A DNA stretch of 64,000 nucleotides from Octopus sinensis (GCF_006345805.1 NC_043000.1:2976001-3040000); one strand, 5' to 3'. Numbered from the stretch's first letter, positions 1 to 12,478 are shown. Notes: generated from the letters alone by a model not told the origin. Made by a program: numbers and translations.

Positions 1-24
1 CATCATTATTATCAACTTCATCTA

Positions 25-235
25 AGATGATGAGCTGGCAGAATAATTAGCGTGCCAGACAAAATGCTTATTGACATTTTGTCTGTCTTTATCTTGAGTC
101 AAATTCCATTAAGTTTGACATTACCTTTCATGCTTTCAGGGTTGGTGAAATAAGTACCAGTTATGTACTTTGGTCTCTGTAATTGACTAGCCCCACCTCC
201 CATATTTCAGGCCTTGTGCCTATCGTAGAAAGAAT
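25..235 (+). mobile_element. SINE family B, diverged copy
   Basis: gagctggcagaat...gagtcaaattcc...ttacctttcatgctttcagggttg...aagtaccag matches the better-preserved family B copies (e.g. 23501-23731). Confidence 0.75.
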
Positions 236-385
236 TATTATCATCATGTGAAGACCAAAGAAAGACTATTTATTAAGCCTACTTCATTAGTATATCTTAA
301 TAACAAAACCCATTTTTTATGAGGATGATGATGAGGAGGAGGACTGGGATAATACTGTTGATGATCATTATTATAGACAGTACTA

Positions 386-650
386 AGGTGGCAAGCTGGT
401 ACAATCGTTAGCACACTGGGTGAAATGCTTAGTGTTATTTTGTCTGCTGCTATGTTTTGAGTTCAAATTCCACCAAGGTCAACTTTGCCTTTCATCCTTT
501 CAGGGTCAATTAAACAAGGACAGACAAAGGGATTAAGCCAATTACATCGACCCCAGTGTGTAACTGGTACTTAATTTATCAACCCCGAAAGGATTAAAGG
601 CAAAGTCGACCTTGGCAGAATTAGAACTCAGAACATGACGGCATTGGAGT
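386..650. mobile_element. SINE family B, two partial copies in opposite orientation
   Basis: + head to ~510 (gagttcaaattccaccaaggtcaactttgcctttcatcc) then - copy (gacaaagggattaagcc...cgaccttggcagaattagaactcagaac). Confidence 0.7.
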
Positions 651-1740
651 CAATGTAATCAACTAAATCCCCACCCCCAAGCTGCCCTTGTGGCAAGAAT
701 TTGAAATCATTATTATAGACAGTACTGAGGTTGATGTAATTGACTTTCCCGCTTCCCCAAAATTACTGGTTTTGTGCCAAAATTTGAAACCATTATCATA
801 GATAGCATATCATCATTGTCATCATCATCATAATGTTTGTTATCATTATCATCCTCACTATTACCATCATCTTTCCTTGGGTTATTTCAGTTAATCAATC
901 TTTCCCAGTCATTGCAGACACCCATCAACCCATTTTCCCACTATTTCTTCTGTTGATACCCATATTTAACAATCATTCATATTTCTCTACTCTCATATTA
1001 CTACCCTTATAGCACTTCACATTTTACTGTTTACATTTCACTACCCAAATTTCATTGTCTAAATTTGGTTGTCTACATTTCATTGCTTACATTTTATTAC
1101 CCACATTTCACTGATTGCGTTTCACTCTCCAAATTTCATAGCCTATATACTTTTTTTTCTTGCTATATTTCTCTGCCTACCTTTCCTTCTTCATATTTCT
1201 CTACCAAGTAATAAAACTGAGTTTCGAATGCATTCTTATTTCTTAGTTTATAAAACCTCACATCTAGGCTGGATACATATTGATTATCTTCAGTAATGTT
1301 TCCATCTAACTCTCAGAATCTAATTATGATATTGCCATAGCTATCTATCAACATGCCCTGAGTAGGTCTTAAATAATGGGTCTCTGTTGTTTTCAACAGT
1401 AAGTATTCAGTTGTTCAATCAACTAAACAACCTACTCATTGAATTAGCATATTAGTGGTTGAGTACTCCTCAGACATATGTATTATTATCCCTTTAACTG
1501 CAAAATTAAATTTCATGTTTATTCCAGTAATGATGTCAAATATCTACCCCCAAAATAGAATTGGTATTTCTGCAAGTCACAATGCTTCAATAAACATGAC
1601 ATATCCCAACAAAAAATAGTTTCAAACATGACATTATTCAACAACAGATAATTTGGTATATAAAACTGCTCTTCAAGGATAATGGAATTTTGTATAAATA
1701 TAGCTGATTTCCACAATGCCAGGGTTGCTGTAATTCACAA

Positions 1741-1892
1741 GTCGTCGTCGGCATCCGTCCGTCTCGAGAGACGATGGTGTACCTGGAAAAGGTGCTGGGT
1801 TTATCTGCACTTCCTGGTGTGGCTGTGCAGACCAATCATCGAGTGGCAGTCTCTACCACATCTGGTGCAAGTGAAAGGGGATGAGAGCTCTC
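1741..1892 (-). mobile_element. RTE-BovB-like LINE 3' end (5'-truncated) with C-terminal zinc finger
   Basis: Minus frame 1875-1801 reads FTCTRCGRDCHSMIGLHSHTRKCR*, the typical BovB/RTE C-terminus; short (GAC)n tail; 11-bp TSD aattcacaagt at 1732-1742 and 1893-1903. Confidence 0.85.
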
Positions 1893-1939
1893 AATTCACA
1901 AGTAGATTTTAAATTAATGGTACATACGAGTACAATACA

Positions 1940-2356
1940 AGCATGATCGTTGCCAGAGCAACAAACTGGCCTCCGTGCTGGTGGCACGTAAAAAGCACCA
2001 TTTGAGTGTGATCGTTACCTGTGTCGCCTTACTGGCACTTGTGCTGGTGGCACATGAAAAAACATTTGAGTGAGGTCGTTGCTAGTGCCGCTGGACTGGC
2101 TCCTGTACAGGTGGCACATAAAAAGCACCATTTGAACGTGGCCGTTGCCAGTACCACTGACTGGCTCTCGTGCCGGTGGCATGTAAAAGCACCCACTACA
2201 TTCTCAGAGTAGTTGGCATTAGGAAAGGCAACCAGCTGTAGAAACTCTGCCAGATCAAGATTGGAACCTGGTGCAGCCATCTGGTTCGCCAGACCTCAGT
2301 CAAATCGTCCAACCCATGCTAGCATGGAAAGCAGACGTTAAACGATGATGATGATG
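1940..2356 (+). mobile_element. Family C retroposon (RTE 3'UTR-derived) with 4 internal ~65-bp units
   Basis: ggtggcacgtaaaaagcacc units at ~1980, 2046, 2110, 2175, then gttggcattaggaaaggcaaccagctgtagaaac...catgctagcatggaaagcagacgttaaacgatgatgat. Confidence 0.85.
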
Positions 2357-2569
2357 GTACAGTCCATCTAACAGGCTTCTACACAGTTTCCATCTAATCA
2401 ATTTCACTCAGAAAGTTTGGGTTCAAATGAGGCTATAGTAAAAGATACTTTCTAAAAATGCCATGCATCAAACTTAGAACCTTGTGATTATAACTGGCAC
2501 CCCATTGCTTATGACAATGAGGGTTCCAGATGATCCCATCAATGGAGCAGCTTGCTCATGAGATTACTC

Positions 2570-2989
2570 TCTCTTTTTACTTGTTTGAGTCATGTGACTG
2601 TGGCCATGCTGGAGCACCGCCTTTAGTTGAGCAAATCGCCCCCAGGACTTATTCTTTGTAAGCCTAGTACTTATTCTATCGGTCTTTTTTGCCGAACCGC
2701 TAAGTTATGGGGACGCATTGGTTGTCAAGTGATGTTGGGGGACAAACACAGACACACAAACATATACACACACATATACATATATATATGTATATATATA
2801 TATATATAACCGGTGATTAGCGTGTGTTGACAAGAGACAATAACCTCGAAACTGCAGTCCATGCGTATCACTTAGGTTTTCGAGAGGGGATGACCTCCCT
2901 TTGCAAATATCATAAGAGCACAGAAATTGTGTCTAAAGCCAGCTGGAGACGATGATCTCCTGGGGCTAAAAAGCTACAGTAACACCCAC

Positions 2990-3038
<49 letters not shown>

Positions 3039-3198
3039 TACGACGGGCTTCTTTCAGTTTCCGTCTACCAAATCCACTCACAAGGCTTTGGTCAGCCTGA
3101 GGTTATAGTAGAAGACACTTGCCCAAGGTGCCACACAGTGGGACTGAACCGAGAACCATGTGGCTGGTAAGCAAGCTACTTACCACACAGCCACTCCT
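2570..3198 (-). mobile_element. SINE family A (tRNA-headed, central microsatellite), interrupted by insert 2809-2992
   Basis: Reverse complement of aggagtggctgtgtggtaag...accttgggcaagtgtctt...gaaagaagcccgtcg(TA)n...ggcggtgctccagcatggcc. Confidence 0.9.
2820..2866 (+). ncRNA. Degenerate minimal type-I hammerhead ribozyme motif
   Basis: GCGUGUG-UUGACAA-GAG(acaauaac)CUC-GAAA-CUGCAG-UC-CAUGCGU: 7-bp stem I (3 G-U), 3-bp stem II, palindromic stem III, GUC site; core carries C3U and G8A. Confidence 0.55.
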
Positions 3199-3199
3199 A

Positions 3200-3450
3200 T
3201 AAGTACAAGTGGCTGAGTGTCCCACAGACATGTGTACTTTTAACATAATCTTCAAGGAGATTCAGCATGACACAGAATGTAATAATGCTGGCTCTTTTGA
3301 ATTACAGGTACAATTCACCTTTGCCAGCTGAGTGGACTGAAGCAACATGAAATGAAGTGTCTTGCTCAAGAACACAATGTGTCACTAGGGATTGAACTCA
3401 TAACCTTACGATGGGGGAGCTGAATATCTAAACCTCTAAGCCACATGCTC
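3200..3450 (-). mobile_element. SINE family E head + tail Y
   Basis: Reverse complement: ggcttagaggtttag...gagttcaatccc...gtgttcttgagcaagacacttcatttcatgttgcttcagtccactcagctggcaaa...tacctgtaattcaaaag...tgtctgtgggacactcagccac. Confidence 0.7.
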
Positions 3451-4261
3451 TCACAACCTCATGATTATAAAGCTAACTTCTTAAGTATTTGGCCATGTTG
3501 TGTCCATTTGTGTAAAACAGTCAGTGCAAACAAAGTGACCATTATAATATATTCTTTTATTCTTTTACTTGTTTCAGTCATTTGACTGTGGCCATGCTGG
3601 AGCACCGCCTTTAAGTTTTGTTTAAAAGCTTGTATCATGAGTTCAATTTTTGACTGGTTTTCAAACTAAATTTGAATTTCCAAGAAATTAATGTTCAAGG
3701 TCATATTTATAATTATAAAGTTTTCTTTTTTTTTTTATCATTTTCTACTAAACAACCATAGCTTTGACTGGTACAATTTTTTTTTTTTTTGTCTCTTCAG
3801 ACAAGGACAAGTGTCTGAAATAATATTGAATTTTCTTCACTCCTTGTGGCAAATTAACTGATTGTAAAATATATTTTTCCATCTTCAAACTTTTATAAAT
3901 TAGTTGGTTGAGACACTTCACACATCTCAGTTGAAATGTTTTCTTCATATTTTGACATTAAAAGCAAAATCTGTTATTTACCTCATTAGGCCAAATTTAC
4001 AGTTAGAGGAAGACAGCTGGGGGCGATGTCATTAACAGATGGTAACTTCCAAGAGTGGGACACAAGCAAGTATAAAGATGAAATCTTTAGTGGTGTAATA
4101 ACCCTTTCTATTAAAGACACAAGGTCAGAAATTTTAGGGAGGGGATTAGTCAATCATGTCAACCCCAGTATTTCACTGATACTTAATTTATCGACCCCGA
4201 AAGGATGAAAGGTAAAGTCGACCTCAACAGAATTTGTTAGTGGTGTATTAATGTTAATGTG

Positions 4262-4570
4262 GAGGCGCAATGGCCCAGTGGTTAGGGCAGTGGACTCACG
4301 GTCATAGGATCTCTGTTTCGATTCCCAGATCAGGCATTTTGAGTGTTTATCAAGCAAAAGCACCTAAAAGCTCCACGAGGCTCTGGCAGGGGGTGGTGGT
4401 GATCCCTGCTGTACTCTTTCGCCACAACTTTCTCTCATTCTTTCTTCTGTTGGCCTGCTCGCTTAGCCAGCGGGGTGGCGTCATTTGAAGGCTAAAACAA
4501 TGTGAAGTGCATTGTGACCAGCGTTGTGTAGCAACATCTGATAGCCTGGTCAGTTACAGTGGTCACAGTA
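4262..4570 (+). mobile_element. SINE family D head + tail X
   Basis: tRNA-like head ggcgcaa-TGGCCCAGTGG(A box)-ttagggc...GTTTCGATTCC(B-box-like); tail ttggcctgctcgcttagccagcggggtggcgtcatttgaaggctaaaac. Confidence 0.85.
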
Positions 4571-5034
4571 ATAATGTTAATAATTATTTGTAATTTGGGC
4601 ACAAGGCCAGCAATTTTGGGGGAGGGTATACATTGAGCCCTATACATGACTGGTACATTATTTTATCATCCCCATAAGCTGAAGGTAAAGTTGATCCTAG
4701 ATTTGAACGCAGGATGTAAAGAGCCAGAAAAAATACCACAAGGCTTTTATTCTGTTACTCTGATGATTCTGGCAACCTCTCACCCTCTGACAATGTTAAC
4801 AGTAATAATTTAATTATAATGACGAACTAATCTGGAAAATTGGTATCTTCATTTATTGTTGTGTGTTGGTACGAACAGGTTAAATAACAATTCCTTTATT
4901 CTTTTACTAATTTCATCATTGGACTGTGGCCATGCTGGTTACCAGCTTCAGTGATTTAGTTCAGAGTATCGATCTTAGTACTTATTTTAGACTGGTACTT
5001 ATATCGTTGATTACTGTTTGTTGAATTGTGAAGG

Positions 5035-5290
5035 TATGTGGAGTGGTTAGGCTGTTGTACTCACAATCTAGCGATCGTGGGTTCAGTTTCCAGACCAGGC
5101 AGCATGTTGTGTACTTGAGCAAAACACTTCATTTCATTTTGCTCTCGTTCTCCTTTCGGTCAGTGGGTAATGTTGGCCTGCATGCCTAGCCAGTGGGGTG
5201 GTGTCATTCGAAGGCTAAAATGATGCAAAGTGCATTGTAACCAGTGATGTGTAACAACATTTGATAGTCTGGTCATTCATGTGATCATGT
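5035..5290 (+). mobile_element. SINE family E head + tail X
   Basis: gagtggttagg...gggttcagtttccagacc...gtacttgagcaaaacacttcatttc (E) joined to ttggcctgcatgcctagccagtggggtggtgtcattcgaaggctaaaa (tail X). Confidence 0.7.
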
Positions 5291-5859
5291 GATTTGTTGA
5301 ATCAAATTTGATTAGATTGACTTCAGTACTTGACCAGGACTTTATTTTATTAACCTTGCAAGAATGAGAGGTGAAGTTAATCTTGGTAGAATCCAAAATC
5401 AGAATGTAAAGTGCCAATACAAATAATACAAAGAATTTTATCTGAAGAATTAATGTTTCTGCCAATCTACTGATCTCTTGGATAGAAAAAGTGCTACCAT
5501 TGATAAATTGCTGTCTATAAAAAAAGTAACTATATCCAGAGGTGATTATGTTGGAATCATAGTTCAGGTAGATAATCCAGGAAAGCTATTCCTAGTTAAC
5601 CAGAAATTATGATATGGATTATCTGAGGTTATTAATCCAGATTACCCAGTGTTGTCAATCTAAACTTATTAACAGATAATGAGAGAAATACTTCAACAAC
5701 TACCTCGAATTAAGTATTGCAGTATACTATTTTTGCTTGAGAGTGTGTGTGTGTGTGTGTGTGCCTCTGGTTGTTTGATATTCATATATACATGCACTCA
5801 CATACACATGTAATTATTATATATATACTATTATTACTTAATAACCTATAAGTCAGAAA

Positions 5860-6967
5860 AAAACAGTCAATATAAGAGAGGCCTTTTGGCACCTCAAATG
5901 GAAGGGAACACAGATTATTGAGGCTTTGGAAAAATTTTATGGAACTTGTGCTCCAAAAAAGACTACAGTCTACAAGTGGATTCAGTGATTCAAAGAAGGC
6001 AGAGACGACTTTGAAGACAACCCTCGCTTGGGAACCTCAAAAAATGACAAAAATATCGAGGCTGCTCGAAATTTGATTGAAGAAGATCGACAAATAACTG
6101 TCAATCAGATAGCTACATCCATAGACATTTCCTATGGGTCGGCAAATTCAATTCTTCATGATAATTTGGGACTGAGCAAGCTTTCAGCATGATGGGTCCC
6201 AAAAGCATTGCAGCCTGATCAACAGAATCTTCGAAGTGATCTCTCTTTAACATTATTGAACAAAATTGAAGCAGATGAAGAGCAATTTCTGGTGAAAATT
6301 ATCACGGGAGATGAAACTTGGATTTACCGGTATGATCCTGAGTCCAAAAAACAGTCAAAGCAAAGGCTCCCATGTGGATCTTCAGGACCCATCAAGTTCA
6401 AATCTCAAAAGCTGGCTCAAAAAGTGATGGCCACGGTTTTTCTGGGATTCAGAGGGTGTGATACTGATAGATTACCTTGAAAATCAAAGAACAGTGACAG
6501 GAGCTTACTATGCTCAGGTTTTAAGGAAGCAAAAATACGCTTTGATTAAAAAACGGAAAGGGAAACTTCATAGTGGGGTCCTGTTTCATCATCACAATGC
6601 ACCAGCGCATTCTTCGTGGGTGTGCAAGATGTCCTTCGAGAATTTCAATGGGAAGTGCTTCCTCACCCACCATATATATAGTCCCGATTTAGCTCCATCA
6701 GACTTTTTCCTTTTTCCAAAACTCAAAGAAATCCTCAAAGGAACCCATTTTAATGACATAGAAGAAGCAAAACATTGTGCCACTACATGGCTCCGAAAAC
6801 GTCCTCCAGAATTCTTCAAAGACAGTCTTTGAATCTGGAAACATTGACTTGAGAAGTGCATTGACCTGAATGGCAACTATGTTGAGAAATAAGCTCACAT
6901 ATATATGTTGTTTTTGTAAAATAAATTAATTTCTTAAAAATTCCCTGAACTTTTTGATCCACCCTCG
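5860..6967 (+). mobile_element. Mariner DNA transposon, 5' TIR not found
   Basis: 3' TIR ...gaactttttgatccaccctcg followed by TA at 6968-6969; no matching 5' TIR seen upstream. Confidence 0.85.
5866..6892 (+). pseudogene. Mariner (DD34D) transposase pseudogene
   Basis: HTH region (TVYKWIQ*FKEGRDDFED), WVPKAL motif, TGDETW, HHHNAPAH (second D mutated), YSPDLAPSDFFLF, ends KCIDLNGNYVEK*; in-frame TGA stops and frameshifts near 6460 and 6830. Confidence 0.95.
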
Positions 6968-7223
6968 TATGTCTCCACTGTCCTGTTTTTGTTCCCAACT
7001 ATGACCCTCCATAAATCCCAAATTTTATTTTGGTATTTGTAGGAGCAACTGCCTTCGAAGACTCCTATTGTTGTTCAATGCTCGAAATGAGGAGTAGATA
7101 GGCAGCCGACAACTGATGAAGGGTCGTTCTTTATGTTACTTGGCCTGTTTTCCATTTTTCCATTTGTTTCTCTCATTTGTTTGCGTATTTCTTGTTGTTT
7201 ACTGTTTGTGACATCCTGTACCT

Positions 7224-7256
<33 letters not shown>

Positions 7257-7366
7257 ACTATTGTTATGTATATTCTATGAGTGATAAGGATCACAACTGT
7301 CATTACTGTTTTTAGTTTTGTAATCTATTCTAAATAATTTTATAACCCTTAGACTGTAATTATCAA

Positions 7367-7369
<3 letters not shown>

Positions 7370-7439
<70 letters not shown>

Positions 7440-7441
7440 GT
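7370..7441. repeat. (TA)n microsatellite
   Basis: Direct reading. Confidence 0.95.
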
Positions 7442-8438
7442 ATTTGTAAATAATTGAAGCTTTTTGAAAGTCAGCTTAGTTTATTGCACAGAAACATTTT
7501 CAACTGATAATTCAGTTCCAAAGTTTATTATCAGTTAAATGAGAATAAATTAAGACACGATCTTACCAACATCAACAGTCTTTTAGAAATCCAGAAAGAT
7601 ATTTTGGTACATGTTTATCAAAATACATGTTGGCTTTGAAAAATAACTATATTAGAGACTAAAAAAGTTTTGGGGAATAGATTATTACATATCAAAACTT
7701 ATAGAATAGAGTAGAAATCATTATGATCTTTGCCTTACAGAGAAAATAAATCTATAGTCTCACAAAAGCTCCACCAACAAACTCACTCAGAATTAATATC
7801 TTTTTGTTATCACAGATCAAAATATCTGTTAAAATATTTTAAATCATCAAATGACTAAAAATGAAAGAGTCAAGTTATTTTAATCCTCATTCTAAAAAAA
7901 TGAAAAATAAAAATTTCTTCAGTTGATGTACATCAAATATTTGTTATTATATCTATATCTATATATATACAAACTAGCAGACGAATGACTGATAGTATCC
8001 TGCGATTAAATAGCTCATTCCAACTACTCCAAAAGTTTTGATATTGTTAATGCTCTTATTCAAGAATGCCTATATTTTATCTTGCATTTAAATATAAGAT
8101 TGTTTCAATTATTTCTTTGCTTGATAACTGATAAAATGTGAAACTTATAGAAACAATCTATGCAATTTCAGTTTCACTCTATCTCTTTCTTATCTCTTTA
8201 TCTATCTGTCTGTCTGTCTGGCTGCTTGTCTGCTCGTCCATCCATCCATATATGTCTCTATCCATTGTCACTGCCCTGTTTGATTTGTATTACTTATCTA
8301 GGATAGTACAGGATCTTATAAATTTTTATTGTTCTTTGAAGTACAAACAGAAGGTTAGTTACAGAAATTGTTTTGGGGTAATACTGTTATACTGTTTTTG
8401 TAAATTGTTATAGTTTATCATGATGAGAGGTTTTATAT

Positions 8439-8623
8439 GCGCAGGAGTGGCTGTGTGGTAAGTAGCTTGCTTACCAACCACATGGTTCTGGGTTCAGTCC
8501 CACTGTGTGGCACCTTGGGCAAGTGTCTTGTACTATAGCCTCGGGCCAACCAAAGCCTTGTGAGTGGATTTGGTAGACGGAAACTGAAAGAAGCCCATCG
8601 TATATATATATGTGTGTGTGTGT

Positions 8624-8685
<62 letters not shown>

Positions 8686-8895
8686 ATGTTTGTGTGTCTG
8701 TGTTTGTCCCCACCGACATCGCTTGACAACCGATGCTGGTGTGTTTACGTCCCTGTCACTTAGTGGTTCGGCAACAGTGACTGATAGAATAAGTACTAGG
8801 ATTACAAAGAATAAATCCTGGGGTCGATTTGCTTGTCTAAAGGCGGTGCTCCAGCATGGCCACAGTCAAATGACTAAAACAAATAAAAGAAAGAA
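8439..8895 (+). mobile_element. SINE family A, full length, (TG)n core
   Basis: gcgcaggagtggctgtgtggtaag ... ggcggtgctccagcatggccacagtcaaatgactaaaacaaataaaaga. Confidence 0.95.
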
Positions 8896-9129
8896 TATGG
8901 CAGACATGGTGCATATCCTTCTGCTATATCCTGCCTGAAGGCTACAATCTTGCTGAATCACCACCTTAGAAACTGCATCAGCTTCTATGACTCACCTTCT
9001 CTGATTAACTTTTGGTGAATGATAGTTTTCAAAGCTGCTACTTTCAGTTGCATTTTTTCCTGCATTATTGCTTTCCCTTCCAATGCCCACTTCCCTCTCA
9101 AAGACTCTTTGTCTTGCAAAGCCATCTGG

Positions 9130-9437
9130 TGACCCCACCAGTGCAGGTACCACTTAAAAAGTACTCAGTTCACATTGCAAAGTGATTGGCATTTGGAATG
9201 ACATCCAGGTTTAAAAACCATGCCAAAACTGACATCGCTTGTATGAGAGCCTCATAAAAAGCACTCAGCCCACTCTACAGAGTGGTTGGTGTTAGGAAGG
9301 GCATCCAGCTGTAAAAACCATGCCAAAACAGACTAAGAAGCATGGCACTGGCTCCTGCTTGACTAGCTCTTGTTAAACGGTGCAACCCATGCCAGCATGA
9401 AAGGAGGACATTAAATGATGATGATGATGATGATGAT
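9130..9437 (+). mobile_element. Family C / RTE-tail retroposon, diverged
   Basis: ggttggtgttaggaagggcatccagctgtaaaaacc...caacccatgccagcatgaaagg...(GAT)n tail. Confidence 0.75.
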
Positions 9438-10139
9438 CTTTGCTTTGTCTGGTATCACAGATAGTAGAGTATCCAGGTATTTATTGAATATATTTCTACT
9501 CTGTTTAGGTTTTTCCAATTTCTTTGTTAAGATGTTATTAAGCTGTGGCCCTTTGAACCTTTAACTATTGCTACATGGGATACAGGTGTTTAACATGGAG
9601 GGTTAGACCTTTAGGACTTTTTGGTGCCAATTAGTTCAAGGATTGATACAGTTGGTATAGCTCTCAGTATCAAAGTTTAGTGGTAGCATTTCAAATATCT
9701 TCCATGGATGAATGACTTCATATCTTTCCCATCTCTATATAAGTATATATATATATATATATATAATTTAAAAATAGGATAAAATCTTTATAAGAATTTA
9801 TCAAGTAGTTAGCGTGAAAAACCTCATAAGGGAAAAATCCATCAATTTTTCCTCTTAAATATATTTATTTATATTGAGGGCATTACTATACATAAATGCC
9901 ACAAGCTAGGAGGGACTCTTAAAGTCAAAACTCCCAAAATAGATAAACACATTGTACCGAATATGAGGAAATGCAACTCGCGAAGTGAGCATTTTAAAAA
10001 CAGAATTCAAGTGCATATCATATGATTTCATAATTAGTGCACAAATGCACTTTTTAATCTTCAGTGCAAGCATAATTCAAGTTCAATTGGTTCTCTGCAT
10101 ACAATCGATACTGCCTCACCTCAGTTTCTACAACTTTAC

Positions 10140-11100
10140 TTCAGTGGCGACTATGCAAACCAGGCTGCCAGATGGCAGTCCTTCTTACCTGGTACCGACC
10201 TAGCCTTAATACGTCAGCCCCAGGAGTTGATTCACGAAACAAACAGCTATGTTCGCAGTTTTAAGTATGCCTTAGAAATAGTTGACTCACCAGAGTTCAC
10301 ATTAATTATCAATGTGGACCATATGCCTTCTGGGCAACACGCTTGCTGCTATAACAAGCCCTAATGTAATGAGGTTGCAGTGCCAAGACGATGCACTCCA
10401 ACGAATTTGTGAAACCCATAGGTTCTACGACGCACTTCAGTATCTCCTACTTCATACTAATGGAGAAGACGGTTTTCACTTAAACATTCCCCAACAAAAC
10501 CTATCAGAGGCAGGTTCTGTTGGCAGTAAATCAGTTCGTGTATGGTTTACTATACCTATCAGTACATGGTTAGAGACAGCAGTTTGAATCACCTACACCT
10601 TTCTCGCGACCTTTTTCAACAACATGCTGTAGACTGGGCTGTTAAGATTAAGTCTCAACGCTTACGATACACAGGTCAATAAGGTTAAGCCATGGGCTGA
10701 AAAGTACATCTGTCTCAGAGATAGCATCAATAACAATGTTGCTCCTGGAAGGATAGGCCAATTGTGCATACTTCTGCCTTCCGTTATTGGTAGTCCTCTA
10801 TATATTCACGAACGTATGCAAGACGCCATGATTTACGTTCGGTACTACGGTGGGCCCAACCTTTTCATTACCTTCACTTGTAATGCCAGGTGGAATGAAA
10901 TACAAGTGAGTCTTCTGCCTGGTCAACAAGCCCATGATAGGCCTGATGACATTGCAAGAGATTTTAGACTTAAACTACTTAAATTCCAGGACCTCCCCAC
11001 CAATGGTCAAATATTTGGCCATGTTAAAAGCTTCATGTTCACTGTTGAGTGGAAAAAGAGGGGCATGCCTCACATATACACACTTCTGTGGTTAAGTCAC
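10140..11100 (+). pseudogene. Helitron RepHel fragment (Rep domain), disrupted
   Basis: IHETNSYVRSFKYALE, THRFYDALQYLLLHTNGEDGFHLNIP, Rep motif 1 region (GSPLYIHERMQDAM..YGGPNLFITFTCN..W.EI) and motif 2 (VEWKKRGMPHIYTLLWL); stops and frameshifts; truncated after motif 2. Confidence 0.93.
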
Positions 11101-11270
11101 GTTTCCCGTTTGACGAATGGGAACGTGAAACTCTGAGTAACAGCTTTTGTTATATTTCTGCAGCTTTTAAATAAAGCACATTACTCTCCCTCTGGTATTT
11201 GAGTACTCTTTTTTCCACCTTGTTTCACATTTATTTGCTTACTCCGGGGTACATATATACATATGTAGTT
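11101..11270 (+). mobile_element. Probable Penelope-like element terminal (pLTR-like) fragment
   Basis: Hammerhead motif followed by AATAAA and a T-rich tract, the arrangement known for PLE pseudo-LTRs; replaces the Helitron reading frame. Confidence 0.45.
11106..11143 (+). ncRNA. Degenerate minimal type-I hammerhead ribozyme motif
   Basis: CCGU-UUGACGA-AUG(ggaa)CGU-GAAA-CUCUGAG-UA-ACAG; GUA site; C3U; one A-C mismatch in stem I; AATAAA at ~11169. Confidence 0.55.
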
Positions 11271-11315
11271 TTTCTATAAATATATTTGTATACAAAAACA
11301 ACAACATGTGTTAAA

Positions 11316-12012
11316 TCTTTATATATAAAAGTGTTGTGTGTCTGTCTCCTACGATTTAGATTCCTAACTACTCCCACATTTTGCGGTGCAGTTTAATCAA
11401 AACCAGGTATCTTATAGTTGTGATTCATATCGAGCCCTTCTGGGTATTAGCGAGCATCTACGATGAGTCTACGATTTAAAAAAAAATTTACCATCCTTTT
11501 TTTCCATTTTAATGCATTTTTTTCGCTATTATATAAGGGAAGTAACTCTCTAAAAATGTCTACGATGAGTCTACGAATTAAAAAAAAATTTACCATCATT
11601 TTTTTCCATTTTAATGCATTTTTTTCGCTATTATATAAGGGAAGTAACTCTCTAAAAATGTCTACGATGAGTCTACGATTTAAAAAAAATTACCATCATT
11701 TTTTTCCATTTTAATGCATTTTTTTCGCTATTATATAAGGGAAGTAACTCTCTAAAAATGTCTACGATGAGTCTACGATTTAAAAAAAAATTACCATCAT
11801 TTTTTTCCATTTTAATGCATTTTTTTCGCTATTATATAAGGGAAGTAACTCTCTAAAAATGTCTACGATGAGTCAACGAATTAAAAAAAAATTTACCATT
11901 TTTTTTTCCATTTTTAATGCATTTTTTTGCTACTTTTTGGCTATAACTCTCTAAAAATGCTTATATAGTTATTTCCCTTACAAGCCCGAGCAACGCCGGG
12001 CGATACTGCTAG
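11316..12012 (+). mobile_element. Non-autonomous Helitron with internal tandem array
   Basis: 5' A|TC(tttatatataaaa); 3' hairpin gcccg-agcaacgc-cgggc (11984-12001) then CTAG|T at 12009-12013; inserted between A and T, no TSD. Confidence 0.9.
11457..11960 (+). repeat. Tandem repeat, ~101-bp unit x5
   Basis: Unit starts tctacgatgagtc at 11457, 11559, 11661, 11761, 11862; varies mainly in A/T homopolymer length. Confidence 0.95.
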
Positions 12013-12284
12013 TTATATATATATATATCACTGTTGTTATTGTTCTGAGCATCATTACTATTGTTACCATAACAGGATGCATTTATGCATTATTTTTGAT
12101 GTCATTCTTATGCCTGTCTTTGCTGTCTCTGTAACAATTGTAGCTGCGACCATATCGATGTATTACAAACTTCCATTGTCATTTTATTGTCATTTCCACA
12201 TGGAATAGTTTTTCTTTAACTATGCTTGATCACAAGGAGATATTTACTTCACAAGATGCTTCCTCTTAAACCGAGAATAGGTAT

Positions 12285-12478
12285 TTGTGTGTGTGTGTGT
12301 GTGTGATTGTAGGTGTGTGCATTAATTAATTAATATGCATGTATTTATAAGTGCGTGTGTGGTCATGTGTGTATGTATGTATATCTATATGTGTGTGTTT
12401 GTGCTTGTGTCTCTGTGTGTATGTGCATGTATGTGTGAGCATATGTGTTTATATGCAGGTATATAAAAATATATGTAC

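Noticed and set aside
7080-7130. GAAA...CTGATGA as a hammerhead
   Set aside because: Stems I and II cannot be paired around the core
7970-8130. Helitron 3' end (CTAG) on the minus strand
   Set aside because: CTAG present but no subterminal hairpin
9740-10135. Possible Penelope GIY-YIG C-terminal remnant on the minus strand
   Set aside because: Translation too decayed to assign and no hammerhead found
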